Of a stretch of DNA of 64,000 nt, positions 40,156-56,233 are shown in pieces; the first letter of the stretch is position 1, and the number at the start of each line of letters is the position of its first letter. This stretch comes from the human T2T-CHM13v2.0 reference genome, Homo sapiens. The stretch lies in NCBI RefSeq assembly GCF_009914755.1, contig NC_060927.1. One strand, written 5' to 3'. The translations under genes were made by a program, and so were the position numbers. The notes under the pieces are model-generated. The model ran no database searches. It was given only the letters and a program-made list of their open reading frames with translations, and was not told where the DNA came from.

Positions 40156-42024
40156 TTGTCTAAATAATTATAGGCCAGGTGGAATTGAGGTTCCAAAGAC
40201 ATAATAATAATAATAATGTTAGACCCAAACCTATCTTTTATCAAGCACTTACTTTGAGCCAACCACTGCCCTACACATGGACCATGCAGTATCTCATTTA
40301 ATCTATGGGACAAATTTCTGAGGCTTTCAAGTTTTCTAACTCCCACTCCACCCCCAGCCCATGCAACACCGCTCTTTCTTTGATCTTTCCAATTCCAAAC
40401 AAAACAGTTATTCACATGTATGACGATTATAGAAGCTATGAAACTAGCATGGAGAAAAGCCTTCAGGCAAGAACACCTGAGGAGTCCTCACTCCACCACC
40501 AGCCACTGCCAGGGGATGGTAATTGTCTGGAAGACTGAATGATTTGACTTCCCAGACACTTGCACAGAGACTTCTCATTGGGTCCTTTAGTGGGCCTGGA
40601 AATTTCTCTAAGAGCTGTAGATAATATAAAATCTCATAGACCAAATTTAAGGGTGATTTAGAGCATTTTTCAAGGGTACTTTGGACTTCCAGCTGACTTT
40701 ACAACAGAACCCCGTGTGAAAACGTTAAGTCTGAAGCACCGTCAGTGTTTCAACTCACAGAGAAGAGGACAGAGGCACAGAGAGGGAACAGAACCTGCTC
40801 AGGGTCACACAGCTAATAGGAGAAGGTGGTAGGGTTGTTGCTGAGGCATTTAGGTATCAAATCTGTGTTCCTGACTGCAAGGCCACACTGTGCCTGAGGG
40901 AGAAGGAGGAACACTCAGTGTTTTCTGGAAACCATGAGGGGCCTGGTCACTCTGAGGACTGTGCGGTAGCAGCCCTCGGCTCTGTCCCTCCTTGGCTCCA
41001 CAGAGAGGAGATAATCCCTCATCCATCTTTCACCCAGCCTCGCGTGGTCCCTATTGGCAGCAGCTGCCTGACACTGCCTCTGAAAGATGCCTAAGACTCT
41101 GCGAACCCAGTGTTTAATGCATGCAAAGCCTTTTCCAAAGAAGTCACTTAAAAAGATTACACAGGACAGAATCACCCCTCCTGCCTCCAGCTTAGAGAGT
41201 CTTTGCAGCTGGCCTGGAGCTAAGCTAAGGAAGCAGAGTCTATAGCAGCCTGAAAATAAAGTGAGCCTTCATTGGAGAAATCACTCAGAACACCAGCTGC
41301 AAGAGCTCTGCTCACTGATTCATTCAGCAACTCTTTGCTCTATATCTGAGTGCAGGCACCACACCAGGCTTTAGGGATGGACTGGGGACATGGTCCCTGC
41401 CCTCCTGGAGCTTACATTCTAGGAGAAAGGCCCCACTCCCACAGGAATGCCCATCTTACCACGTGATTCTCCCCAAAATGGGGGATCCTTTTCCTTGCTT
41501 GTCCCTGGAGGACAGCTCAGATGCTTCTTCACTCTCGCTGCAAGGCTCGGGATGGAGGTCCTGGGGAGAAGGCCATTCTGGTTTCATTTACTTTTCTCTT
41601 TAGCTTCCTCTCTCTCCTCTTTCTGAACACCCTTCTTGCTATCTGGATGGAAGAAGGGGCAAAAGGAAGAAGGAATAAAATGTTCGTGAATGAAGAAGAA
41701 CAGAAGAAAAAAGTTGAGGATGACAGGAAGGGAAGAGAACAAAGTAAGGCTGGGGATGACGACACCTGTGGCCAACCCAGTGATGGAGGGTGGGATGAAT
41801 GTGAAGCCACCGAGGACCTGGATGTCCTCTCCCTTTTACCAAAGCCCTTCAGGCACTGACGGGACTGGGAAAAGAGGAGAGGACTGACAGATATGAAGAG
41901 ATTGAGAAGAAACATCATCCAACCTTGTAGCAGCAACCCCCAAGGTCACCAGCCTGCTCAGATTTTTTTTTTTTTCAGTATGAAACACTTAACAATCCTT
42001 CTCACACTTGCCAGTAGCTTATGG

Positions 42025-42241
42025 CAGAGGTCAGCAAACTACAGCCTGTGGGATAATCCCACCTGCTGCCTGACTTTGTAAATAAAGTTTTATTGGAACA
42101 CAGCCACTCTCAGTTCTGTATTGTCAAGGGCTGCTTTCACACTACAACACAGAGCTGATTAGTTGCAACAGAGACTGTGTGGTCTGCAAAGCCTAAAATA
42201 TTTACTAGCTGGCTGCTTACAGAAAAAGTTTGCCAACCCTT
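42025..42241 (+). mobile_element. MER58A (hAT-Charlie)
   Basis: TIRs CAGAGGTCAGCAAACT / AGTTTGCCAACCCT; core GTAAATAAAGTTTTATTGGAACACAGCCAC. Confidence 0.9.
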
Positions 42242-42935
42242 GGGTGTTATTCCTAGGCTCTTGAGCCTTCAGAGTTCTAAAATTGCTTATCAATTCTTCA
42301 GCACTTCCTTTAAATCCACTCATCAAATATTTATAGAAGCCTACTGTATTAGAATATTCTCTTTTTGTTGCAAGTGATGGAAAACTCAGCTCACGTGGGC
42401 TCCAGCTAAAAAAGCGGGGGAGAGGGTTCTTGTTTCCTGTAACTGAAAAGTCCAGGGATTGAGGGACTTCAAGCATGGCTGACCCCAGGAGCTCAAACAA
42501 CAGCAGCATGATATGGCGGTTAGAAACAACTTGCTTCTAACCAACAGAACACAGCAAAGGTGATGAGTTGTCATTTTCATGATTAGGTTACAAGAGATTA
42601 TAACCTCCGTCTTGCTAGCAGACTCTCTCTCTTGCCTTCTCAGCTTGTGTACTCGGATGAAGATAGCTGCCATGTTGGAAGGGCCTGCATGGCCAGAAAT
42701 GGAGGCAGCTTCCAGTCAACAACCAGTGAGGACTGAGACTCTCGATCAAACAGCCCTCCCAGGAACCAAATTCCACCAACAACCATGTGAGCTTGGGTGC
42801 AGATCTTTTCTCAATCAAACCTCCCGCTGAGATGCCAGCTATGGCTGACATCTTGCTTGCAAACTGATGAAAGACCCAGAAGCAGGGGACCTGGCTGAAC
42901 TGCGCCCAGATTCCTGACCCATGGAAACTGTGAGA

Positions 42936-42940
<5 letters not shown>

Positions 42941-43010
<70 letters not shown>
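42941..43010. repeat. Compound (AG)16(TG)19 microsatellite
   Basis: Two perfect abutting runs. Confidence 0.98.
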
Positions 43011-43013
<3 letters not shown>

Positions 43014-43024
43014 AAATATATATA

Positions 43025-43500
<476 letters not shown>

Positions 43501-45304
43501 TGAATAATGAATACATACCCTCATCTCTGAGAGAGGCTGGGAAGGTAATTTTTAGCTTGGTACATTGCCATCACCAACAAAATTGGGGTTCCCTACGAAA
43601 AAGGAGGAGAATGGATATTGCTGGGAAAGGCACAGGTATCTCACAGAAGCCACTGAGGCATACCTGGGAGGAGAAGCCAGTGTCTTGGATCAGGGCAGTG
43701 GCAGCAGGAATGGAGGGTAGCGATTGGATTCCTGGTTCCTGAGGTAGCAGCAATCTTATTTCTTTTAGAACAGTCTTCCTTTCACTTATTACCAGTTGGC
43801 AAGGTCCCCTCAGCTCCTCTCATACATGACCTGGTTCCTACACAGAGTTCCAGAAATGGAGCTCAAATCAGAAATCCAAAGCATTGCAGGAAAAACAGAC
43901 TGGGCACAAAAGCCACTGGCTAGTTCCAAGTCACACCTTTCCTCTCATTCCCCGCTATTCAGTGGGTTTCTGGTAGTATGATTCAGTAGGATCTGGTAGT
44001 ATGGCAAAAACCTCTTTCCTGGAGAGTTGAGAAAGTCTGCGATTCCAGATGCAGAAATAAAACTTATCCTTTAAAGTGTCTGCAGAAATGAAAAGAAACC
44101 CAGGTCCCTTTATAAATGTTTTAAAAATATACAGTACAGATTTGGGGGTCTAGACGTGAATTTTATGGTTTAAAATCCAGCTAACCTAACCCTTCTGAGT
44201 CTCCACTTGGGGAGTTTGGAAAATGCATAATTTTAAGGGAGGCTGAATTTATGAGCGTTGTAGTTATAGCAACAGACACTTTAGATTCTGGGAGGCAGGT
44301 CCATGAGACTGTTACATAACAGTCAACTTTGTGGTTAAAAAAAAAAATGCAGGGAACACCAAGGCTGCTAAAAAATACATATAATAGAACCAAAAGACGA
44401 GGGAGATGGCAGGCAAGAGGGACAAAAATGAAGGCTGCAAAGGCTTTTTCAAAGAACATGATGAATCTTCTTGTGAAGGGGCAGGAGCTTCATCTCGCAG
44501 GCTTGCTGCTGCCAGCTCAGGCATGTAGGGAGAAACTCATCAGACAAAAGAGCAGACAAAAATATGGATGCAGCACTCAGGGGCCTGCCAAGCTGAGGAT
44601 TAGGAAACAACAAAAAACACATGGATCGTGGAGGGGAGAGCTGCCTTCCGAGGGAACCTTGATCTAGGGAAGCCCAAAACGAAGGCATGGGTCAGGGCTG
44701 GGATGCTGTTTCCTCCTCTCATTTTCCTAATTCCGAGGCAGTCCCTACTATCCCGGGGAACTGTTCTTTGGAAGGTAGAGAGGTCAAAGATGCATCTCCC
44801 CAAGACTTCAGAAATCATGCTCTCTACCATGAAGCACTGGTACAAGATTGGAATCTCATGGTGCCCATGGTGTTGTGGTCGTGGAACAAGATTGGAGTCT
44901 CGTGGTGGTGTGATCGTGGGCAGAACAGCCTTTTGAACCAGGCAACAAGGGTCTTGCCCTGGCCTCCCACTTCAAAGGGTCCCCTCTGGGTTTGCGCCTC
45001 CTCAAAGGGGCAGATGTTTAAGGAGTCCATGGGACCAAGGAGATGTGCCCACCTGAGCCCCATGCACTCCCGCTTCCAGGCCCTAGTCTGGGTTCCTGGA
45101 ATCCTTACTTCTCTGCCCAAGTAGCTGTAATCCTGTTTCCAGAATGTGCGTTGGCCTCTTCCCTTCTTTCTTTGTTGGAAGTCCAAACCTGCCCACCAGC
45201 ATGTGCACCCAAGTCTGAGAGTTGACTTAGGGGCAGCTGTTTGAAGGACAGCGGGGATGGACATGGAGTTTGAAGGACATGGATATGCAGCTGGAGTGTC
45301 CACA

Positions 45305-45307
<3 letters not shown>

Positions 45308-45355
<48 letters not shown>

Positions 45356-45366
45356 CAGAGAGAGAA
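45308..45366. repeat. (GA)15 + (CAGAGA)n microsatellite
   Basis: Seen directly. Confidence 0.95.
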
Positions 45367-46882
45367 AGACAGCATGCATGAGTGAGGGACATTCTTCACA
45401 ATGCAAAATGGAACGAGAGGTGGAACAGAAGGGGAGTGGGTGGAGTCAGGGCTGCTCTCCCTGCAAGATCACATTTGGGTGTGGAGGACCAAGGAGCCCG
45501 AGAAATCTAAAGTCCATCCTGGTGTTGCAGGGCATTAGGAAGATACATTTGTCCAAGTTGGAGGGTAGAACTTATTTTACATAGCATTTTGTACTGGGAT
45601 GGATAATGTTTGAATACTTAGATATCGCTTTCATAAGCCCCCACTTGCACTCTTGCCACAGGGGCCAGCCTGAACACAGAGCTTGTGGTTCTGCTCTGCT
45701 TAGCTCCCATCATCCTGGCAGAAGGAGGAAAGGCAGTTGGAGGTGTCAAACCCTTTCCTACTGTGAAGTCAGACACTAAAAGATAATTCGGCAAGCTATA
45801 AAAAAAACAAAAAGCCCACTGGACCCTTGGCTGGAGTGCAACAGGGCCATCACGGTCATCCTCCATTGCACATGACACATGATGGCTGCAGAGTCATTAT
45901 TCTGCTCCTGACATGTGCCCTCTCCTCCAGTGACTTCAGCCAGGGGCCCAGGCTCCTGCAAAGGAGCCCCTCACCCCTCACCTGCCCCCCAACCCCCTGC
46001 CTCCCCCGAGCTGGTCCACACAACTGAAGCAAAAAGCCATCTCCTATCTCAGCTTCAGACCCTAGCAAGAAAAATCAATAGCAGTTTGGCCCCTGGCCAG
46101 TCCTGTGTCACTCTGGACAAGCCAGTCTTATTTGCCATCCCCTAGATGAAGCCAGGGCACCAGAGCCTTCAGACAGAAAGAAGCCCAAATCCTCTTCCTA
46201 GGATGATCTTGGCATAGCCCTGATTTACAACCTCAGGGATCTGCTCCGGCCTCAGGTGCCCCAGCCGGGCAGTCTCCAGTCCGAGGGATAACTGAGCTGC
46301 CTGTTCAGCTATTTCTAGGCATAGCAGTGACCTCAGCTAGAGCCCCAGGCCCATCCAGGTGTGCCTGGTAAATGGATGGGATGGGCCTCTGAAATGTCTT
46401 TGCACGTGGGCTCAGAGTGCCTCTGAGAGAGGACTAGCCCTAAGGGAAAACAGAGCCGGGAGCCTTAAGCTTGGCCTAATAACAAAGCCTTGATTGTTAA
46501 GGAGGGCACATATACCATGAGGTCTGCTCTTAGGTTTTCTATTCCAGCCTGGCTTCCTGTAGACTGGGGTAGGAGGGAGGAGGGCCATAAAGACTGCAGG
46601 GAGAAAAAAGCTACAAGTTTTTTATTAAAACTCCATCAGGCCTTTCTGAGGGGGAATCATGTTTAAGCCTCCTTTCCCATACCCACTTCCCTCGGGAACA
46701 CACAAATTAATAACGACAACATTGAGTTAGTGCTTATGTTGTGCCAGGCACCGAGCTAAGAACTTAGATCCATTTTCTCATTTAACTTTTACTACTATAG
46801 CCTGATGAAATAGTACATTTTTCATCAAGTACATTTTATGGATAAGAAAGCCAAGACACAAGGAGTGTCACCCAGATAGTAA

Positions 46883-47294
<412 letters not shown>

Positions 47295-47486
47295 TGAGTG
47301 GATCAGGTTTGAAGGAGAGTGAAGTTATATAATGCATTAAAAGATCAGGCCATGATTGCAATTCATAGATTCCACTTCTTCCATGTAGCCAGCATGCAAG
47401 AAAACATTAGACTTGTATCAGCAAGTGGTGGGAGGAATTAAAGGGATCAGAGCTCACCAGATTCTCTGGTTTGAAGCTGAATCAAC

Positions 47487-47922
47487 TGTAGTAGTTTGAA
47501 TGGCATCCCCTCAGAATTTGTGTTCATCAGCAACCTCAGAATGTGACCTTATTTGAAAATAGCCTCTTCACAGAAGTAATTAGTTAACAAGAAGTTATAC
47601 TGGTTTAAGGTGGGACCTAAATACAATGACTGGTGTCCTTATAAGAAGAGGAGAGGAACACACAGAAGATAAGGCCATGTGAAGACAGAGGCAGGGATCA
47701 AAGCAAGGCAGCTACAAGCCAGGGAGCCCCAAGGACTTCCGACAACCCCAAACGCTAGGAGGAGTCAAGGAAGTATCCTTCCTCTCACCTTCAGTGGGAG
47801 CATGCTCCTGTCAATAGCTGGCTTCATGCTTCTACCTCTAGAACTGTGAGAGAAAGCATTGCTGTTGTTTTAAGCCATGCACTTCATGGTACTTGGTTAC
47901 AGCAGTCCTAGAAAATTAATAC
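47487..47922 (+). mobile_element. MLT1B/C-like solo LTR
   Basis: TGTAGTAGTTTGAAT...CCTCAGAATGTGACCTTATTTGAAAATAG...TAATACA. Confidence 0.88.
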
Positions 47923-48074
47923 AATAGTTTAGAAAAGCAAGGATGTTCCATGTGGTCCAATTGAGCTACCAAAGTCGTCTGTGTTGCAGTTCGGGGTCCA
48001 AGCCCCAGCTACCAAAACAATGTGACTTGGCTTCCTATTGGTCATTACTCCTTGTATGCGTATCTCTCTTAGAT

Positions 48075-48630
48075 TGGTAGACAGTCATCTTTTTTCTTTG
48101 GCTGCCCAGCACTCATTTTACATTCTGATTTTTCCAGAAATCTTCATCTTTCATTCTAGATTACTTTTGGGGGAATTATCTCATTTTTGGTTAATGAGAT
48201 CTGCAGGGAAAGTACTGCATCATGGGATGGGATCATCTCCCACTACAGAACTCAAAGGCACAGTCCCTGCCTCTCTCTAGCTTAATATGTTGGAGAACAG
48301 GCCCACCATGTAAGCTCAGGCAATTGGATTTTCTTTCCTGGGCTACTGTATAATGAAAGATCAAGAGTGAGGCCATTCCATGCAGGGTGACATGCTCGCA
48401 GAAAGGTTCCTGCTTGGAGACTGCTGCTGTGATTCATGCCATAGCCTCCAACATTGCCTTAGTTTCTGCTCCTATCCAAGTCTTATCCATTAGTCCAGAA
48501 TCCATTTCCCATTCTAACAGCATGCAGATTTCCTTTTGGAAAATTACCTTCTGTCATTGTATGAGCATCTCCTATATGTTAGCTAGAGTTGATCTCTGTT
48601 GCTTGCAACCACAAACTCTAATTGATACAC
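48075..48630 (+). mobile_element. Old ERVL LTR (LTR33-like)
   Basis: GGCTGCCCAGCA start; TCTGTTGCTTGCAACC...TGATACA end. Confidence 0.5.
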
Positions 48631-48800
48631 TGAAGAGACTGATGGAGAGGGGGCAGTTTGGCCTGAGCAGGACTTAAGTTTTGAAGGGCTTTTGGACAAA
48701 GAAAAAAATGAACCATAATACTATAACAACTTTATCCAAATACATGTATCACTGATGGGAGTGTAAATTGGTCTAATCACTTTGAAAGTCTGTTTGGCAG

Positions 48801-49605
48801 AACAGACACATGAAAAAATGCTCATCATCACTGGCCATCAGAGAAATGCAAATCAAAACCACAATGAGATACCATCTCACACCAGTTAGAATGGCAATCA
48901 TTAAAAAGTCAGGAAACAACAGGTGCTGGAGAGGGTGTGGAGAAATAGGAACACTTTTACACTATTGTGGGACGGTAAACTAGTTCAACCATTGTGGAAG
49001 ACAGTGTGGCGATTCCTCATGGATCTAGAACTAGAAATACCATTTGACCCAGCAATCCCATTACTGGGTATATACCCAAAGGATTATAAATCATGCTGCT
49101 ATAAAGACACCTGCACACGTATGTGTATTGCGGCACTATTCACAATAGCAAAGACTTGGAACCAACCCAAATATCCATCAGTGATAGACTGGATTAAGAA
49201 AATGTGGCACATATACACCATGGAATACTATGCAGCCATAAAAAAGGATGAGTTCATGTCCTTTGTAGGGACATGGATGAAGCTGGAAACCATCATTCTC
49301 AGCAAACTATCGCAAGGACAGAAAACCAAACACCGCATGTTCTCACTCCTAGGTGGGAATTGAACAATCATAACACTTGCACACAGGGTGGGGAACATCA
49401 CACACTGGGGCCTGTCGTGGGGTCGGGGGAAGGGGGAGGGATAGCATTAGGAGATATACCTAATGTAAATGACGAGTTAATGGGTGCAGCACACCAACAT
49501 GGCACATGTATACATATGTAACAAACCTGCACATTGTGCACATGTACCCTAGAACTTAAGGTATAATAATAATAAAAAATAAACAAATAAATAACATTTA
49601 AAAAA
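48801..49605 (+). mobile_element. 5'-truncated L1PA (ORF2 C-terminus + 3' UTR + tail), inserted in an older L1M (~48750-50640)
   Basis: [17 protein letters not shown]...[13 protein letters not shown]...HRMFSLLGGN* with a 1-bp frameshift near 48967; exact 17-bp TSD GAAAGTCTGTTTGGCAG (48784-48800, 49606-49622). Confidence 0.98.
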
Positions 49606-50072
49606 GAAAGTCTGTTTGGCAGTATTGACTAAAGCTAAACATATGCATAGCCTATGACCTAGCAACAATTTATACATACACACATGCACACACACACGCA
49701 TACACACACACATGTACATGCACACACATATGTATATATCCCTAACAGAAATGCTTGCATATGTTCACCAAAAGACATGAACAAAGATGTTCACAACAGC
49801 ACTACTCGTAAGAGTCCCAAACTGGAAACTACCCAAATGCCCATCTACACTAGAATGGATAACTAAACATTGTATGTGCTATATCCACGCAATGGCATAC
49901 TACACAGAAATGAAAATTATAAGCTACAGCTGTATTCACTAATGTAACTATATCTTACGAACATAATGTTAAGCAAAATAAACTAGATTTTAAAAAGTCT
50001 ATATGATTCCTATTTATATCAAGTTTTAAAAGAGGCAACCAGAATCTATAGTGTTAGAAGTTAGGATAGCAG

Positions 50073-50429
<357 letters not shown>

Positions 50430-51385
50430 TTAGGATAGCGGTTACCCTGGGGAAGGGGGGCTACCCTTGCTAATGGAAGGGGGCACAAAGGAGATTCTCT
50501 GGTGCTGGGAATCTGCTGCTTCTTGATCTTAGTGCTGGTTACATGCGTGGGTTCATTTTATGAAAAATATGAAAAATCCATGGAGCTGAATACTTATGAT
50601 TTATGTCTCTTTCTATATACATACTACACTTTAATAAAGCTTACCCAAAATCTCTTATTCAGATTCCTCATGCTCTCCAACAGATTATTATACTATAGGG
50701 GGGATGACACTTGAGGACTCCTGCCCATTGAGGACTCCTGAAAACATGCAGCTTCAGGTCCTCGGGGGAACCAGCAAAGCAGAAATGAGAAGTCACAGTG
50801 CCCTGCATCAGGCACAATTGTACCCAATTGTACAGGGAAAGCAGCAGTGGTACCTCATATACCAAGGGTGCCCAGAATAAGGAGGCAAGAGCAGGAGAAA
50901 GGAAATAGAGTGGTTTATGCCAGGATGTACTGACTGTTCATATTTATGAGCACATATGTGGCACCCTAATGACTTCTATAAATACTTACTAGGGGAAGAT
51001 TCAGTAAAAAGCCTGGATCCTGCCTTATAAGTGGGGGCAAGAGCCGACAAAAGCCTGGTACATGTCACTGGGTCTGGTCTGGCAACTCAAGGGAGACAGA
51101 AGCATCAGGGATCTTTGGCAATGCCACTCCACAAAAGTTAAAGGCGACAATAAACAAAGAGTTTGGTCAAAACAAAACCTACAGCTTCCAATGGCTCATT
51201 CACTGCAGGTTGCAAAGTGTCTGATATCTTTACATATTTTAGTGCGTTTGATTTACCCAGTATCCCGATGAGATAGGTATGCTAGGGGGAGAAAAGCTTG
51301 TGTCATTAAGTGGTAGGGTATAGCACATTAATTCTAAGAACACACATACTGAAATTAGACCCGATTTCAAATTCTGACTCTGATA

Positions 51386-52540
<1,155 letters not shown>

Positions 52541-53306
52541 CGAGCCTCAGTTTTCTCATCTATAAAATGTGAACAATAATATTACCTACCCCATTATATG
52601 GTTGTAAAGATTAAACAAGAAAATGCATATGAAGTACTTAGCAGAGTGCCTGACCTACAGAAAGATCTCAGTGTTACTGTTTTTCTTATCATTTTTTATA
52701 ATCTTTTCATTTATTTTAAAGAGAAACTGTAGAATATTAAGCAAGAACGGCATTTATGATTTATCTTTTGTAAACTTTAAAATGGAGTCTGTTAGCTACA
52801 ATACTCTGTGATAAATATTTTTGAACATGCTTTTATTGTCATGTAACTCCTCAGAATCAATAAAGATATTATCAATTCACACATGCCCAGGACATAATAT
52901 CTTAAATGCTGGTGGTCACCTAGCCCCACTGGCTCACAACTGCTGAACCCAAATTGTTTCTTTCTGTTAGGATCTTATCTGGACATTAATCCCTACAGCA
53001 GGTGGGAGGGAAGGGCATGGCCTTTTTTTCCCCAGAGGTGCTGTCAATGATAAGAGGAGAATGAAGACTCCTAATCGATTCCTATTGAGGAGGCTACAGG
53101 GGTACTTGAGGAGAGGCAATGGAAAGGTCATTAAGGACACTTTGGGGTAATTTATGGGGTCTCATTATCTTTTCTCCTAAAAATACATAAAATCTGGCAA
53201 ACTCTTCATCTGTTTTGGAAAAAATATCTAAGAGAATAGAATATATCAAGAAGGGCCAAGTGGATGTTTCCATCAACCATGTAGCCCCATCTCCCCTGGA
53301 GATTTT

Positions 53307-53625
53307 GGCCAGTTGTGGTGGTTCACATCTGTAATCCCAGCACTTTGAGAGGCTGAGGCAGGAGGATCACTTGAGGCCAGGAGTTCGAGACCAGGGTGGA
53401 CAACAAAGTGAGACCACCCCCGACCCCGCCAAAAATAAAAAAAAAAAAATTAGCTAGGCGTGATGGTGCATGCCTGTAGTACCAGCTACTCAGGAAACTG
53501 AGATGGGAGGATTGCTTGAGCCTAGGAAGTTGAGGCTGCAGTGAGCCAAGATCACACCACTGTACTCCAGGCTGGGTGACAAAGCAAGACTCAGTCTCAG
53601 ATAAATAAATAAATTAATTAATTAA
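53307..53625 (+). mobile_element. AluJ
   Basis: TSD GGAGATTTT. Confidence 0.94.
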
Positions 53626-53824
53626 TAGGAGATTTTCTCTTTGCTAACATTCCTAACTCGAATGGCCTATTTGTAAAGAATAAGCAGAAGGTGTAATTAC
53701 AGAGATATTATGCATGTCTTGTATTTCTAAGGTCCAACATCTCTCAATATGTGCTCTGCACAAGTAACTCAGCAAATAGGGTTCTAGGAGGAAACAAGTG
53801 TGGGGACATTTAACACTATTATCA

Positions 53825-54440
53825 AGGATATTTTGTTGCTGTCTCCCTAGCATAGTTCCCCCACCTTCCATTTTTCTTTGGGGACTCACCCTCCCCTACA
53901 CTCTGACTCTGGAATCTGGCTAGAGTGTCATCCCTCCCTCTAGGAGTGGAGTGTGTGGTCTAGGCCTCAGCCAATCAGCAGGTCATATTTCCCTAGTCAC
54001 AGTGATTGGTTCAGAAGTGAGTACGTGACTCATTCAGAACCAATGAGACACAATGAGGTTTTCACAGTGGGTGCTGGGAAAAAGGCAAATATTTTTTCCC
54101 ATTGGTTTACCCAGTGAGATGTGATACTGGAGCTGTGGCAGCCATCTTGTGGTCACTAGGTGAGAGCTTACCTGAGCCAGGACAGAAACAAAATGAAACA
54201 AACAAACAAACAAAACAACAACAACAACAACAAAATGGATAGAAAGCATGTGGCAGCTACAAAAATGCCCCTCTCAGATCTCCTGTCATGGGGAGGGTAG
54301 TTGACTAATGGCCCCAGCTGCTGCTCTCCAAATCTGAATCCATCACCACACTGTGACCAAGACCATTTTTTCCATGGCTGCTCCCTGACAGTGAAAGAGC
54401 CCAGCAGGGACTCCAGGGCAGATCCGTTTCCGCAGGAGAC
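53825..54440 (+). mobile_element. LTR33-like fragment followed by an LTR16B-like fragment (~54249-54440)
   Basis: GCCAATCAG...CACAGTGATTGGTTCAG; TGTGGCAGCT...GGCCCCAGCTGCTG. Confidence 0.65.
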
Positions 54441-55294
54441 AGGCCCATAGCCACACCAAACTGCAAGGGAGGCTGGAGAATATAGCCTTTATCTTAGGCA
54501 GTCACGTGCCCAGCTAAAAACTATGAGCTTTTATAAGAAGGTGCAAAAGGATATCGTGGACAACTAGAAATCTCTGCCACTGAGATTTTAATTTTCTGGA
54601 CATAACCACAGATGGTTCCTCCCTCTGGTTCCCTTTCTGCCTTCTAATTACTCCTGTGCAGTCCTTCTTTACAATGCAATGTGCTTACCTCCCATCCCCC
54701 ACACCACCATCAAAGTTCACACTTGGTTATCTTTCTCCTACTGTTGTAAAAATAACCTCTTGCTTCTTCCCTCTCTGTGGCAAATTCATCCTGGCTAAGC
54801 CAACCACATGAGGCTTCTTAAATGCCGCTTTGTACACACTTCCTCTTGTTTCTTACCATTGAAGCCCCTTGTCTATGGGGGGAAAGAACAACCTCTTTGG
54901 TCTTTTTCTCTGGACTCTCCCTAATCTGGCCTCTTCCTGACTACTTGAAGCTCATTCTCACCATGACCTGGCAAACTGGGGCTGCTTCTCTTCACCAATA
55001 TACAGCTCCTCACCAGTTTTTTGTTTTTGTTTTTGTTTTTCATGTTTATTGCCTGTTGTTTACCCCAGGTCCTCTGTCTTTTTTGACCTTCTCCTGGACC
55101 GTTGGTCTTTTGCAGATAAAGAACAGATTTTCAGACTACCTCAAGCCATTACTCCAGTGAATTGCAAGGACACATATAACATATTGATAACAGGGATCTC
55201 AAGAGAAACCAAGAAAGGTGAACTGCTGAGCTTCCTGGAGTCTGGAATAGACTTTAGAATTTGACAAAGCAAGTTGGTTTGTTGGTTAAATTGT

Positions 55295-55510
55295 GGACTT
55301 TGGAGTCCAACCGGCTGGGTTTTTGAGGCTTGGTTCTTCCAGTTACTAGCTATGCGATCTTGAGCAAATGAATTAAGCTTCCTTTCCACATTTGATAAGT
55401 AGGATAAAGATAAAACCACCTCTATAGGGTTGTTGGGAGGTTAAATGAGATGATATATATAAGCCACTTAGCCCAGGGCCTAGAAAATAGAAGGCACTCA
55501 GTAAATGCAG
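55295..55510 (+). mobile_element. MIR
   Basis: GGACTTTGGAGTC...TTACTAGCTATGCGATCTTGAGCAA...GGCACTCAGTAAATG. Confidence 0.8.
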
Positions 55511-55988
55511 GTGGGTCTTGTGTTTGGAGTCCACACAGGAACTAGATCAGCTAGCCCAAGCTGCAGAGAGAGTTGAGGGATCCTCACTCCATTCCACACT
55601 TCTCACAACCCAGTTACTCTGTCTCCATTTCTCTGTGTCTTCTCTAGCTTTTCTACTGTTTACTGATTCTTTCTTCATATTTCAGCTTCAGTCCTTCTGG
55701 ATTGGCACTGCTGATTGTGGCACCTCTTGGGCACAGCATTTCCTGCCCGGCTCTATGCCCCTGAGCAGCTCCTATTGGCTGTCCCTGGTCAGGGTTGCAT
55801 GCTGGTCCAATCATCCCTGGCGCAAAGGAGAGGCCGTGGACATGAAAGGAAGGAGCCACTGGGTACATGTGGTGTCACAGATGGCCTGCTCTGCACTTCT
55901 ACTTCTAAAGCACAGATGGGAAGAAATGGATCTTGTCTACGATCTACCCTGTACCCAACTGGGCACTTACACAGAAGCCTCACTCATT

Positions 55989-56233
55989 CAGGACTGCATT
56001 AGAATTCTCATGGCTAGGTTGGCCGTCACTTCATTTTAAAAAAAAATTATATTTTACGACTGCATTGGCATAAAGAATAACATCTAGGCTGGATTCATTG
56101 TTACATATTGATTTTTTTATATTTATTTTTTTTTCCTGTTTGTAAAGGAAAATAACAACACTATCATGTATCCCTAACAGTATCTGGGCCTCTGGCACTG
56201 TGTCTACTAGGCCTAATGGAAAAGTAGATCCTG
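55989..56233 (-). mobile_element. ORSL (hAT-Tip100)
   Basis: TTATATTTTACGACTGC.TTGG.ATAAAGA, AGGCTGGATTCATT, GGCACTGTG.CTACT.GGCCTAATGGA. Confidence 0.75.

Noticed and set aside
39726-40415. Longest ORF (229 aa)
   Set aside because: Runs across LTR16-like and MIR-like sequence; chance ORF
41521-41859. 112-aa ORF with a hydrophobic segment then a charged segment
   Set aside because: Explained by a pyrimidine tract followed by a purine tract; no recognisable homology
48923-49363. 146-aa ORF with clear protein similarity
   Set aside because: It is the C-terminus of L1 ORF2 in a truncated, frameshifted L1PA, not a host gene
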